Part shown: positions 33,200-42,267 of the stretch, piece after piece | Position numbering within the stretch: the first letter of the stretch is position 1 | Layout: each line of letters begins with the position of its first letter | Source: a virus | IMG/VR virus record: IMGVR_UViG_3300035696_000035 | Location: 1-64,000 of that record | Strand: one strand, 5' to 3' | DNA: 64,000 bases | Notes under the pieces: model-generated | Told to the model about the DNA's origin: nothing | Databases searched by the model: none | Seen by the model: the letters and a program-made list of their open reading frames with translations, nothing else | Translations under genes and position numbers: made by a program

Positions 33200-33988
33200 A
33201 TGCCTGGTCCTTTCGCTGCCTTCACCATCACACGCAACGAAGCTCTGTTCTTGCCGCTATGGTGCCAGTACTACTCGACGGTGTTCGGCGAAGAGAATTG
33301 CTACATCATCGACAACGACACCACCGACGGATCAGTGGAGACAGTCAAGCAACGATTCCCGAGCATCAACGTCGAGCAGCAACACCGTGAAGCGGAACAC
33401 GACACCCGGTGGTTGCTTGAGGTGGTCCAGCGGAAGCAACGTCAACTGTTGGCATCACACAAGGTCGTTGTCTTTGCGGAAACTGATGAGTTCCTGTTGG
33501 CAAAGCCAGGAGGCAAGTACAAGGACCTCCATGATGTGTGTGAACAGTTGTTGGTTGATCCTCACCGCAACTGGATCCAAGCTCAAGGTTGGCAGTGCAT
33601 GCAAGCACCTGACGAGCCAGCGATCACTGTGGTGAGGGGCGAGCCGGCGTTGAAGGACCGAGCAACCGTCCAACAGCACGAACAGTACTGCAAGACGCTG
33701 GTCAGCAAGGTCCCGTTGTCATGGGTCGGAGGCTTTCACTGGCGAGACATCGGGAATGGCCGAGGCGACAAGAACCCCAGCTCCATCGACTCTGACTTGG
33801 CATTGTTGCACCTGTGGACGTTGGATGCTGAGGCGTTCATGGAACGTCGTCGTAACAGGATGCAGAAGTGGGGCCAACTCGAGAAGTGGCCCGACATGTG
33901 GACGATGTTCAAGGATCAAGAGAACAGCTGCAGGCTGCATGCATCTATGCCTACTCCCGAGGAGTGGAGAGAGCTGTTGGTCTGGTGA
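33200..33988 (+). CDS. putative glycosyltransferase (GT-A fold; paralog of 35778..36569)
   Basis: Trimmed to MPGPFAAFTITRNE; IDNDTTDGSVE DxD-type motif; shares AFTITRNE/TTDGSVE/DLALLH blocks with 35778..36569. Confidence 0.55.
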   Translation: MPGPFAAFTITRNEALFLPLWCQYYSTVFGEENCYIIDNDTTDGSVETVKQRFPSINVEQQHREAEHDTRWLLEVVQRKQRQLLASHKVVVFAETDEFLLAKPGGKYKDLHDVCEQLLVDPHRNWIQAQGWQCMQAPDEPAITVVRGEPALKDRATVQQHEQYCKTLVSKVPLSWVGGFHWRDIGNGRGDKNPSSIDSDLALLHLWTLDAEAFMERRRNRMQKWGQLEKWPDMWTMFKDQENSCRLHASMPTPEEWRELLVW

Positions 33989-35091
33989 TGCTGCCGTACG
34001 ATTACCTCGTCGTCGGTGCGGGTCTTTTCGGAGCCACCTTTGCTTGGCATGCCGTCCAGCGCGGCAAGCGGGTGCTGGTCATCGACAAGCGAGATCACAT
34101 CGCCGGCAACGTCTACACCAAGCAACAGGAAGGCATCCACGTCCACACCTACGGCCCTCACATCTTCCACACCAGCGACCATGAGGTCTGGGCCTTCGTC
34201 AACAAGTTTGCCAGCTTCCACCGCTACGTCCACCACGTCAAGGCCCGCAACGGTGACCGGGTCTTCTCGTTGCCCATCAACCTGATGACAATGTACCAGT
34301 TGTGGGGCGTCACCAGCCCGAGTGAGGCCGAGGCCAAGCTCGCTGCGGTGCGGGTCCCGTGCGATCGCCCGCAGAACATGGAGGACTGGGCGCTGTCCCA
34401 GGTCGGGCCCGAGCTGTACGAGCTGCTGTTCAAGGGCTACACCACCAAGCAGTGGGGGCACCCGCCCAACGAGCTGCCCGCTTCGATCCTGAAGCGGCTA
34501 CCCATCCGCCTGTCATGGGACGACGACTACTTCACCGACACCTGGCAGGGGATTCCCGCCGGGGGCTACACCCGGATTGTCGAGCAGCTGCTGGAGGGCT
34601 CAGAAGTCCGCCTGCGGGTCGATTACCTGGCCGACAGGCAAGCGCTAGACGCCCTGGCACCGACGGTGGTCTACACCGGTCCCATCGACGCGTACTTCGG
34701 CTACTCACTCGGGCAGCTGGAATACCGGACGATGTCGTTCGACACTCAAGTGCTCGACGTACCCGACTACCAGGGCTGCGCCCAGCTGAACTGGACGGGC
34801 ACGGAAGTGCCGTGGACCCGCACCGTCGAGCACAAGCACTTCGAGATGGTCAACGTGCCCAAGACTGTCGTCACCTGGGAGACGCCCTCAGCTTGGCAAC
34901 CCGGTAGCGAACCCTACTACCCGGTGTGTGATGCCAAGAACAACGCGCTCTACGTTGAGTACAAGCAGATGGCTGACCAGCTCCCAAACGTCAGGTTCGG
35001 CGGGCGCCTCGGCACCTACAAGTACTACGACATGCACCAGGTCATCGCCCAAGCATTGCACATGTGCCGAAAGGAGGGTCTGCTTGCCTGA
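33988..35091 (+). CDS. glf: UDP-galactopyranose mutase
   Basis: Start in TGATG overlap; YDYLVVGAGLFGA FAD motif; near-colinear similarity to bacterial Glf (HIFHT, KQWG, GIPAGGYT, YTGPIDAYF, EHKHF, YYPVNDAKN, GRLGTYKYYDMHQVI). Confidence 0.85.
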   Translation: MLPYDYLVVGAGLFGATFAWHAVQRGKRVLVIDKRDHIAGNVYTKQQEGIHVHTYGPHIFHTSDHEVWAFVNKFASFHRYVHHVKARNGDRVFSLPINLMTMYQLWGVTSPSEAEAKLAAVRVPCDRPQNMEDWALSQVGPELYELLFKGYTTKQWGHPPNELPASILKRLPIRLSWDDDYFTDTWQGIPAGGYTRIVEQLLEGSEVRLRVDYLADRQALDALAPTVVYTGPIDAYFGYSLGQLEYRTMSFDTQVLDVPDYQGCAQLNWTGTEVPWTRTVEHKHFEMVNVPKTVVTWETPSAWQPGSEPYYPVCDAKNNALYVEYKQMADQLPNVRFGGRLGTYKYYDMHQVIAQALHMCRKEGLLA

Positions 35092-35788
35092 CATCATTGC
35101 ATCGTTCCTGCTGCCGACCCGGGGTCGTCCCGATCGTCTAGTCCAGAGCATCCAATCGATTCACACTCGTAACGGCAGCATCAAGCGTTGGGATGACACC
35201 GACATCCCGAACTACGAGATCCTGATCCGGGCAGACGTTGATGACAAGCCGACGTGCGACCTGGTCAAGCCATGGGTCAACGACATCTATTGCCGGGTCA
35301 CCCTCGGACCCAGGCACCGCGGCTACCTCGACCTGCACCTGATGGTGAACCAGCTCGCGGTCCGTGCTCGAGGCGAGTTCCTGGTGTTGTGGAACGACGA
35401 TGCCCTGATGCAGACGGAAAACTGGGACGACGTGTTGAAGCGACACCTTGCTGACCCGCCACGCATCTACCATCCCACCTCAGCCGGGACCAACCGCAAC
35501 ATCTTCCCGATCGTCAGGCGTAGCATCTACGGAGCTATGGGCCGCTTCAGCGAGAGCGCTCTCAACGACTTCTACGTGTGGACGCTGGCCAAGCGGTTGG
35601 GCATCAACACCCACATTGACATCGACATCAAGCACGACCATCCTCAGGTCGGCGGCACCAACATCGACCAGACCTACCTCGATGCAGCCGCCGCATGTGG
35701 TATCGTCAAGCACGACGACAAGGATCCTCGGATCCTAGCGTGCCTGGCTGAGGACGAGGCCAAGATCCGAACGTTGCTCAATAGGTGA
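35085..35788 (+). CDS. family-2 glycosyltransferase
   Basis: TTG start after GAAAGGAGGG RBS; LLPTRGRPDRL (GT2 PTYNR-type) and ADVDDK DxD. Confidence 0.6.
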
Positions 35789-36569
35789 GCAGCGACCGCC
35801 AGTGATCGGGCACCGGCGTCTCAGGACCGACGGCATGGGGATCACCCTCGTTGACCCATGGGGCTTTGTGAGTCCTGAAGTACTCGCTTGCGGTCGCCTT
35901 GTTGAGGTCCAGGAACCTGCCGCTGTGTCGATTCACGTACTCGTCAATGTCAACGCGCCAGGCATGAAGCAACGCTAGATCGACATCGATGGGTTCATCA
36001 ACCTGCTTGACTCCGGCGTCGAAGAAGTTGTGGAAGCCCTTCTGGTACACTATCGGTTTCTTGGTGATCAACGTTTTGTCGTACGTTGGCAGCAACCACA
36101 TCGAATTGCGAGCTTCCAGGAGGCTCGCGCCGGGCTCGCGTCTGACAGCCGGCTCCGTATCGATCTGCTGGACAACGTTCCAACCCTGAGCCCGACGCCT
36201 TGTCGAGGTTGGATCATCATTGAACTGTTGACAGTAGTCGAGCAGACCTGCATACCTGGTGCTCGGGATCAGGTACTCGTCGGTCTCGCTGAAGACAACA
36301 ACGCGGTAACGTTGAAGCAGCTCACGTTGGAACGCTTCGACAGTCCCCTTCAAGAACAGGCTGACATGCGCCACAGGTGAGTCTCGAAAGACGAAGTTGA
36401 CGGTTGGGTGCAACGCTCTTGCCTCTTCAACGCTGCCGTCCGTCGTCGAGTTGTTGATGACATAGACGTCCTCTGGCGGGAAGACCTTCGTCATGTAGTT
36501 GAGCCACACCCGGAGAAACAGGGGCTCGTTGCGCGTGATGGTGAAGGCAGCGAAGTCGTGTTCTCCCAT
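35778..36569 (-). CDS. putative glycosyltransferase (paralog of 33200..33988)
   Basis: AFTITRNEPLFL, INNSTTDGSVEE, DLALLHAW conserved blocks. Confidence 0.55.
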   Translation of the reverse strand: MGEHDFAAFTITRNEPLFLRVWLNYMTKVFPPEDVYVINNSTTDGSVEEARALHPTVNFVFRDSPVAHVSLFLKGTVEAFQRELLQRYRVVVFSETDEYLIPSTRYAGLLDYCQQFNDDPTSTRRRAQGWNVVQQIDTEPAVRREPGASLLEARNSMWLLPTYDKTLITKKPIVYQKGFHNFFDAGVKQVDEPIDVDLALLHAWRVDIDEYVNRHSGRFLDLNKATASEYFRTHKAPWVNEGDPHAVGPETPVPDHWRSLLTY

Positions 36570-36604
36570 GTGTAGATTGTACCTTCTCCTAACTAGAGTG
36601 AAGC

Positions 36605-36949
36605 ATGTGGACTGAGCGCCCGAAGTGGACCGACGGGCTCATCCTGGCGACAGCGGTGGGTCTGGGCCTGAGCGTGATAGTTAGCATCGGGCGCGAACCT
36701 GACCAACCTCAGGCCACCGCGCCCACCTGCCAGGAAGTCGTCGTGATCGTTCACCAAGGGGAGGAGATCCTGGCCCAGTGCCCGCAAGGGTCCTGGATAG
36801 ACATCGTTGACAACAACGTCGTCTGCAGGTGTGGGCCCCGTAGAGAGCCGCTGTGGTTCGAACACATCCAGCCCGTTCCTCCAGCTCCAGAGCAACACCG
36901 GACAGACCGCCCCTTCAAATTCGACGGCAAGCAAGGGACCCCGATCTGA
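36605..36949 (+). CDS. hypothetical membrane-anchored protein
   Basis: N-terminal hydrophobic segment LILATAVGLGLSVIVSI; Cys pairs. Confidence 0.35.
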   Translation: MWTERPKWTDGLILATAVGLGLSVIVSIGREPDQPQATAPTCQEVVVIVHQGEEILAQCPQGSWIDIVDNNVVCRCGPRREPLWFEHIQPVPPAPEQHRTDRPFKFDGKQGTPI

Positions 36950-36955
36950 CCATCA

Positions 36956-37207
36956 ATGCCTCCACTTGTACTCCTGATCGTAGCCTTCGTCATCGCTGTC
37001 ACTCTTCTTCCCCGTCTCTGGGTGCTACGCCACAAGCATGAGACACGGGAGCTGCCGTTCATTGCCGACATCACGCATGGCATCTGTCCACGCTGCGGTG
37101 ACACCCACCCCGAAGCACAGGTCATCCGGGACAAGCCCGCCAGCTTCTGGCAACACTTCAGCTGTCGCTGCGGGTTCGCGGTGAAAGCGCATATCAAGTC
37201 TGACTGA
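36956..37207 (+). CDS. small membrane protein with zinc-ribbon
   Basis: LVLLIVAFVIAVTLL TM helix; CPRCG..x..CRCG. Confidence 0.4.
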   Translation: MPPLVLLIVAFVIAVTLLPRLWVLRHKHETRELPFIADITHGICPRCGDTHPEAQVIRDKPASFWQHFSCRCGFAVKAHIKSD

Positions 37208-37252
37208 CATTCAGCGTTGGGTGGAGTAAGGTGGGAAGAGGAGGCTCTTCTC

Positions 37253-37933
37253 ATGAGACGTTTTGTTCCCGCCCTCGCCGCAATGGCGCTCGTATGCGGT
37301 TGCGCAGCAAGCGCGCCGCCCCCGCAACCCGTTCCCCCGAAGGCCGCAATCGTGGCCTTGGCTTCGCCGCCCGCACAGCTGGCCCCGAAGCCCACCACCA
37401 ACCACATCGTCCACAAGGATTGGGACATCACCGTCCCCGCTGACTGGACCGTCAGCGACGAGGATGAGACGGGCGTCAAGGCTGTTCGAGCTGCCGACAA
37501 GGCGAACCACGTGCTGCCCGCGCTGGTCGAGGTTGCCAGCCAAGACGTCGACCCCACCATCGATGCCAAGCAGAACGCGGTGATGCTGTCAGTGATGTGC
37601 GTCGCTGCCGCTTCACAGGACAACGAGGACAACATCGACGGTGTCCGTCGCGGGTTCATCGTCTACGAGGGTCGCATCGGCTCGTTGACACAGGTCGGCT
37701 TCAAGAACGGCAGCTTCACCGGTTGCATCGGCCTCCTCGATGAGACAGCACATCGGTCGTACCTGATCGTTGCAGTTGCCCCACAGGACGACGGTCACCT
37801 GATGGCCACGATCTCGAAGACGTTCCACCTGCACAACCCGGCGCCGCCGCTGTCGAAGGACGATGACGACGACTCCACGCCGCCGGCACCCGATCCGAAG
37901 GCGGTACCGAAGCACACTTCGCTGAGCCTGTGA
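37253..37933 (+). CDS. putative lipoprotein
   Basis: Trimmed to MRRFVPALAAMALVCGCAAS after GAGGAGG RBS; lipobox-like LVCGC. Confidence 0.5.
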   Translation: MRRFVPALAAMALVCGCAASAPPPQPVPPKAAIVALASPPAQLAPKPTTNHIVHKDWDITVPADWTVSDEDETGVKAVRAADKANHVLPALVEVASQDVDPTIDAKQNAVMLSVMCVAAASQDNEDNIDGVRRGFIVYEGRIGSLTQVGFKNGSFTGCIGLLDETAHRSYLIVAVAPQDDGHLMATISKTFHLHNPAPPLSKDDDDDSTPPAPDPKAVPKHTSLSL

Positions 37934-38169
37934 ACGACGTCTGTCGCGAGCATGTGCCCGCGACGATGAGACCTGGGGACCTCATCAGGTTCCACGGGTT
38001 GGTAGGCGAAGACCGTGGCCCATGCCTCGTCATCGCAGTGTATCCCTGGCCCGACGTCGAGTACCCGGGCAAGAGGGTGTTGCTGCTGACGAGGCATCGC
38101 CGTTTGCTCACCCTGGAGATGGGTGGACCTGATGATGACCGGCCTTGGACGCTGATGAATGACGACTAG
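37930..38169 (+). CDS. family-A paralog
   Basis: GTGA start; MRPGDLIRFHG..CLVIAV.. Confidence 0.45.
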   Translation: MNDVCREHVPATMRPGDLIRFHGLVGEDRGPCLVIAVYPWPDVEYPGKRVLLLTRHRRLLTLEMGGPDDDRPWTLMNDD

Positions 38170-38389
38170 TGAACAGTGGCTGAAGCGCCTGGCTCCGGGG
38201 ACCATGCTCTACAACAAGGTCAAGCCCGAGCGTGGCTTCTTCCTTGTCATCACCGCTGATGTGAAGGAGTTCCCTGGGAAGTGGACTGAGCTGTTCGTCT
38301 TGGTGGTGACGCCAGAGTGCACATTGAAGAAACTCGAGGTAGAATCGGGTGTATTCACTGGCAACTGGGCCATCGTCGATGTCGACTGA
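38159..38389 (+). CDS. hypothetical protein
   Basis: 76-aa ORF. Confidence 0.4.
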   Translation: MTTSEQWLKRLAPGTMLYNKVKPERGFFLVITADVKEFPGKWTELFVLVVTPECTLKKLEVESGVFTGNWAIVDVD

Positions 38390-38657
38390 ACTGCTGACAC
38401 CCCTGCCCGGAGACACCGTCTACGCGGTGCACCGGATGCGAGCTTGGGAGAACGACCACGAGCGTGGTGTGGACGGAGTCTGGGTCGATCCCGAACAGGT
38501 CGCTCTCGTCATTGAGGTCAAGCGTGTCGGCCGTGGCCGGACCCGGATGCGGGTGCTGACGAACCAGCGGATCGTCATGTTCTCGTGCTACACCCGAGAC
38601 CTGGCACGGAATTGGCGCGTGGTGGGCCGACAGTTACCCACCTCTGGCAGCCTGTGA
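38379..38657 (+). CDS. family-A paralog
   Basis: Trimmed to MSTELLTPLPGDTVYAV; ALVIEV.. Confidence 0.45.
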   Translation: MSTELLTPLPGDTVYAVHRMRAWENDHERGVDGVWVDPEQVALVIEVKRVGRGRTRMRVLTNQRIVMFSCYTRDLARNWRVVGRQLPTSGSL

Positions 38658-39005
38658 TTATTCCGTGAGCCTCTGAGAGCCAAACAACCGGGCCGGATTG
38701 TGGACCTCGTCCGGGTGGATGATGCGATTGCCAGGCACCCGGTAGAAACCTGGCGAGACGATGCTGTCATCGTGCTCGTTCCCGATCAGCTTCTGGTCTC
38801 CCTTGATGCTGCCGAAGAAGACGATGTAGTACATGTGGGAGTCCTCGTAGAGAGCGCTGGGCTCCGTCCACTGGTGCGAACGCTGGACAACGAGTCCCAG
38901 CTGCAGGCCCCGGGTGAACTGTTCGATCTCGGTGCCACACCGAGCGATGAGGCTCGATTCGAGGACGACGATGAGGTCGCCGGGCAGCCAATCACGCGTA
39001 GGCAT
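38656..39005 (-). CDS. family-A-like protein
   Basis: WLPGDLIVVLE..LGLVVQ.. Confidence 0.4.
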
Positions 39006-39240
39006 GCAGCAATTCCCACCCGTGGTATGGGCCCAAGAACCTGATGCCGTAGGGCGTATCTCCGTACGTCATCACCCAGTACTTCCAGGGCTGACTGTCG
39101 GTCAGGCCACGCTCCTTCGCATCTGGGATCTGGTCGCTGGGTTGGACGCTGATGACCAGAGCGTTAACCTGCCATGACTTCCCCACGTCCTGGTGTAGGG
39201 TCAACAGCACTGGGTCCCCGGGCACGAAGGCGGGCTTCAT
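38992..39240 (-). CDS. family-A paralog
   Basis: MKPAFVPGDPVLLT..ALVISV..HGWELL. Confidence 0.45.
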   Translation of the reverse strand: MKPAFVPGDPVLLTLHQDVGKSWQVNALVISVQPSDQIPDAKERGLTDSQPWKYWVMTYGDTPYGIRFLGPYHGWELLHAYA

Positions 39241-39467
39241 GGCTTCAACGACCCCCGCTCTGCAACGCTAGGAACGTTGTTGAGGTCGATGACCTGCAAC
39301 GCGTCAGCCAGATGCCACTTGAACTTGGTCTGCTTGTCACCCGTCGTCCACAGCACCAGCCAGTTGTCTTCGGCGTCACGTCCGATGACGAGGCCCATCA
39401 AGTCGGCATCGACCTGCCACCTGATCCTCTTGACTACCAGCTCACCGGGCTTGAGGGGGAGGGCCAC
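39237..39467 (-). CDS. family-A paralog
   Basis: LKPGELVVKR..GLVIGR..LVLWTTG. Confidence 0.45.
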   Translation of the reverse strand: MALPLKPGELVVKRIRWQVDADLMGLVIGRDAEDNWLVLWTTGDKQTKFKWHLADALQVIDLNNVPSVAERGSLKP

Positions 39468-39594
39468 CTCTGTACGTATCTCGCCTAATCTCCCGCCTGA
39501 CCGCTAGCACCAGGCTGACCACGACCCAGATGCCCGCAAGGATGACTAGCCCTCCCAGGATGTCGAGGGTGTAGATGATGTCGTCGAGGGTCAT
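39442..39594 (-). CDS. small membrane protein (about 50 aa)
   Basis: Trimmed to MTLDDIIYTLDILGGLVILAGIWVVVSLVLAV (ATGA overlap with 39591..40031). Confidence 0.3.
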   Translation of the reverse strand: MTLDDIIYTLDILGGLVILAGIWVVVSLVLAVRREIRRDTYRGGPPPQAR

Positions 39595-40031
39595 CCCTTG
39601 GCCGGATGGAGTTGGGCCAGTTCGCGGAGGACATCGACGGCCTGCTGCTCGAACTGGCCGACGATCTGTGCTGCCACGTACGCCTTTCGGTACAGCCACA
39701 GCGCCCTGATCAGCTGGGTCCCGATGACGATCGCGAGAGCGAACCAGCCGCTGGCACCGCAGAGCCAGGCAACCAGCGACAGCACCGACGCGCTGATGAC
39801 GCCGCCCGTTGCAGTGCCCCAGGCGTTGCGTCGCAACAGGTGGGAGTGGTAGACGTCACGGTAGAGTGCCAAGGCCAGGCCGAAGCTCGCCGCTTCCTCC
39901 TCTTTCACCTGGTGCCAGTCGACCTTGCTGGCCTCGTCAGTCATCAGGGTGTCAACGTCAACGTCGACATCCGCAGACTGGATCGTCACTTCACTGCTGT
40001 CCATTGTCTTGCTCCTTGCTGGGCTCGTCAT
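39591..40031 (-). CDS. membrane protein
   Basis: Two predicted TM helices (VISASVLSLVAWLCGASGWFALAIVIG). Confidence 0.4.
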   Translation of the reverse strand: MTSPARSKTMDSSEVTIQSADVDVDVDTLMTDEASKVDWHQVKEEEAASFGLALALYRDVYHSHLLRRNAWGTATGGVISASVLSLVAWLCGASGWFALAIVIGTQLIRALWLYRKAYVAAQIVGQFEQQAVDVLRELAQLHPAKG

Positions 40032-41631
40032 AGACGACCGCGTCGAGTGACAGGAACGTCGTTGCCACGCTGGCGGCGTGCTTGAGGGCTGACCGGGTCA
40101 CCTTGACCGGGTCGATGACTCCAGCCTGGACCAGGTCCTCGTACTCCCCCGTTGCCGCGTTGTACCCGCGGCTGTCGGAGCGCTCACCCCGTTCGAGCTC
40201 AGCAACGACGACGTCAGCGCTGGTGCCTGCGTTCTGGACGATGCGCTGGAGGGGCGACAAGCACGCCTTGAACACAGCCGTCGCTCCATGGACCTCGTCG
40301 GGGTCGACACCCTCGGCCTTGCCGACGGCGCTGCGGACCTTGGTCACTGCGTTGAACAACGCCATGCCACCGCCCGGGACCAGGCCCTCTTCGGTTGCTG
40401 CCTTCGTTGCGTTGAGAGCGTCCTCGATGCGGAACTTCCGCTCCTGCATCTCGATCTCGGTGGCACCACCGACGCGGATCACTGCGACGCCGTTGGCCAG
40501 CTTCGCTGCCCGCATCCGGAGCTTCGTCAGCTCGTCTTGAGCCAGGGTCACGTCAGTGGCCTGGACACGTAGCTGTTCCACGTGCTGGGCGACCTTCTCC
40601 TTGGTTGCGCCCCCAGCGACGATGGTCGTCACCTTGGCGTCCGACGTCAGCTTCCTGACCTGGCCCAGGTGGGTGCCCTGGATGTCCTTCAGGCTTAGTC
40701 CCGTCGCGCTGGAGATGAGCGTGGCCCCTGTCAGCACGCAGATGTCCTGCAGCAGCTCCTGACGGTGCTGGCCGTAGCCCGGTGCCTTGACGGCGACGAC
40801 GGGCAGCTTGCCCTGGGCCCGGTTGATGACGAGGCCCGTCATGGCGTCACCCTCGAAGTCTTCAGCGATGATCAGCAGCGGCCGCCGTGCCTGGGCCACC
40901 TTCTCGAGGGCAGGCACGATGTCAGCGAAGGAGGACAGCTTCTTGTCGGTGACCAGCACCAGAGCTTCCTCGTAGACAGCCCGCATCCGCTCCGGGTCGG
41001 TGATGAAGTACGGGCTGACGTAGCCCCTGTCGATCTGCATGCCCTCGACGACCTCCATCGAGGTCGACATGCCCTTGGCATCTTCGACGGTGATGATCCC
41101 GTCACGTCCCACCCGCTCCATGGCATCGGCGATCAGCTTGCCGATGACAGCATCACCGTTCGCTGAGATGGTGCCGACCTGGGCGACTTCCTCTGAGGTC
41201 TGGACAGCCTTGGCCGATCGCTTGAGCTCCTCGAGGACCAACTCCACAGTGGTGTTGATGCCCCTGCACACTGCCAGCGGGCTCATCCCCGCCTCGACCA
41301 GCTTCATGCCCTCGCGGACCAGCGCCTGGGTCAGGACGCTGGCGGTCGTGGTGCCGTCACCAGCGACGTCGTTGGTCTGGCTGGCTGCCTCACGGACCAG
41401 GTCTGCCCCCATCCTTTCGACTGGATCACGGAGCTTGATCGACTTGGACACCGTCACCCCGTCCTTGGTGACCAAGGGTGCCTGCCCCTGTCGCTGGATC
41501 AGCACCGTCTTGCCCTTCGGGCCGAGGGTGCATCCGATGGCGTCAGAAGCCTTGTCGAGGCCTGACAGGAGCTGCTTGCGAGCTTCGCTGCTGAAGATGA
41601 TCTGTGTCGTGGATTCGCCGGGCATGTTCAT
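39991..41631 (-). CDS. groEL: chaperonin GroEL (Cpn60)
   Basis: 546 aa; TLGPKGKTV, GDGTTTA, VEGMQIDRGY, AVKAPGYG, GGG(MALFNAV) hallmark motifs; full-length colinear with GroEL. Confidence 0.9.
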   Translation of the reverse strand: MNMPGESTTQIIFSSEARKQLLSGLDKASDAIGCTLGPKGKTVLIQRQGQAPLVTKDGVTVSKSIKLRDPVERMGADLVREAASQTNDVAGDGTTTASVLTQALVREGMKLVEAGMSPLAVCRGINTTVELVLEELKRSAKAVQTSEEVAQVGTISANGDAVIGKLIADAMERVGRDGIITVEDAKGMSTSMEVVEGMQIDRGYVSPYFITDPERMRAVYEEALVLVTDKKLSSFADIVPALEKVAQARRPLLIIAEDFEGDAMTGLVINRAQGKLPVVAVKAPGYGQHRQELLQDICVLTGATLISSATGLSLKDIQGTHLGQVRKLTSDAKVTTIVAGGATKEKVAQHVEQLRVQATDVTLAQDELTKLRMRAAKLANGVAVIRVGGATEIEMQERKFRIEDALNATKAATEEGLVPGGGMALFNAVTKVRSAVGKAEGVDPDEVHGATAVFKACLSPLQRIVQNAGTSADVVVAELERGERSDSRGYNAATGEYEDLVQAGVIDPVKVTRSALKHAASVATTFLSLDAVVYDEPSKEQDNGQQ

Positions 41632-41664
41632 GCCCCGATCCTACACCCGACTGGGGACGCTGTT

Positions 41665-41949
41665 TCAGCCCTCTTTGGTGACCTTGATGTAGACCGGCTG
41701 ACCACGGCGCCATGCAATGGCGATGTTTCCATCCTTGTAGTCCTGGATCATCGCCATGAGGACCAGCTTCTGCTGGCTGTCGTGGGTCTTGCTGGCGTAG
41801 CGGAGCAGCTTTTTCTCAGTGAAGTCGACAACGTTACGACAGACGTTGCCACCGTGCAGCTGGAACTCCGTGCAGCGTTCTTTCCGCTCAGGCAGGTTGG
41901 CAGCATTCCGCGTAGCCATGTCAGGAGTAAGTAGGCCTCGCGAGCTCAT
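41665..41949 (-). CDS. hypothetical protein (not GroES-like)
   Basis: 94-aa ORF immediately upstream of groEL on same strand. Confidence 0.4.
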   Translation of the reverse strand: MSSRGLLTPDMATRNAANLPERKERCTEFQLHGGNVCRNVVDFTEKKLLRYASKTHDSQQKLVLMAMIQDYKDGNIAIAWRRGQPVYIKVTKEG

Positions 41950-41985
41950 GTCAACACCAGCTTGTCACCGAGCCCAAATGACAAC

Positions 41986-42004
41986 GCGCCGGTCTTCCCG
42001 GCGC
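41986..42004 (-). terminator. short GC hairpin between AAA and groEL-upstream gene
   Basis: GCGCCGG-TCTTC-CCGGCGC perfect 7-bp stem. Confidence 0.25.
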
Positions 42005-42267
42005 GTGTCAAGGGATCATGTGGGTTGTTCTTCGTCAGGCTAGGTGGTGAGTTCTCCAAGCGATCCATGATGTTGCCATCGTACTCTTAAGTACGGCCGA
42101 GCGTCACCGTTTACGCTTCGTCAACTGCTTCTTCAGCTGCAGCTTGGCTTGCTTGCGGCGTTTCTTGAGGGCCTTCTTGACGCCCTTCCAGACCTTTGCC
42201 TCATTCATCGGGACGGGTGTGGTGTCCTTCACCGCGTCCTTGACGAACTTCTTGAGGTCGGACTCCT

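Noticed and set aside
41665-41949. Candidate GroES upstream of GroEL
   Set aside because: No GroES hallmarks (no mobile-loop motif, no IVKR...GGI pattern). Kept as hypothetical
42106-42210. Very basic 34-aa minus-strand ORF (MNEAKVWKGVKKALKKRRKQAKLQLKKQLTKRKR) overlapping the acidic tail of the second AAA gene
   Set aside because: It is too short and overlaps the AAA 3' end out of frame. It could be real (basic peptide opposite an acidic tail) but is unsupported
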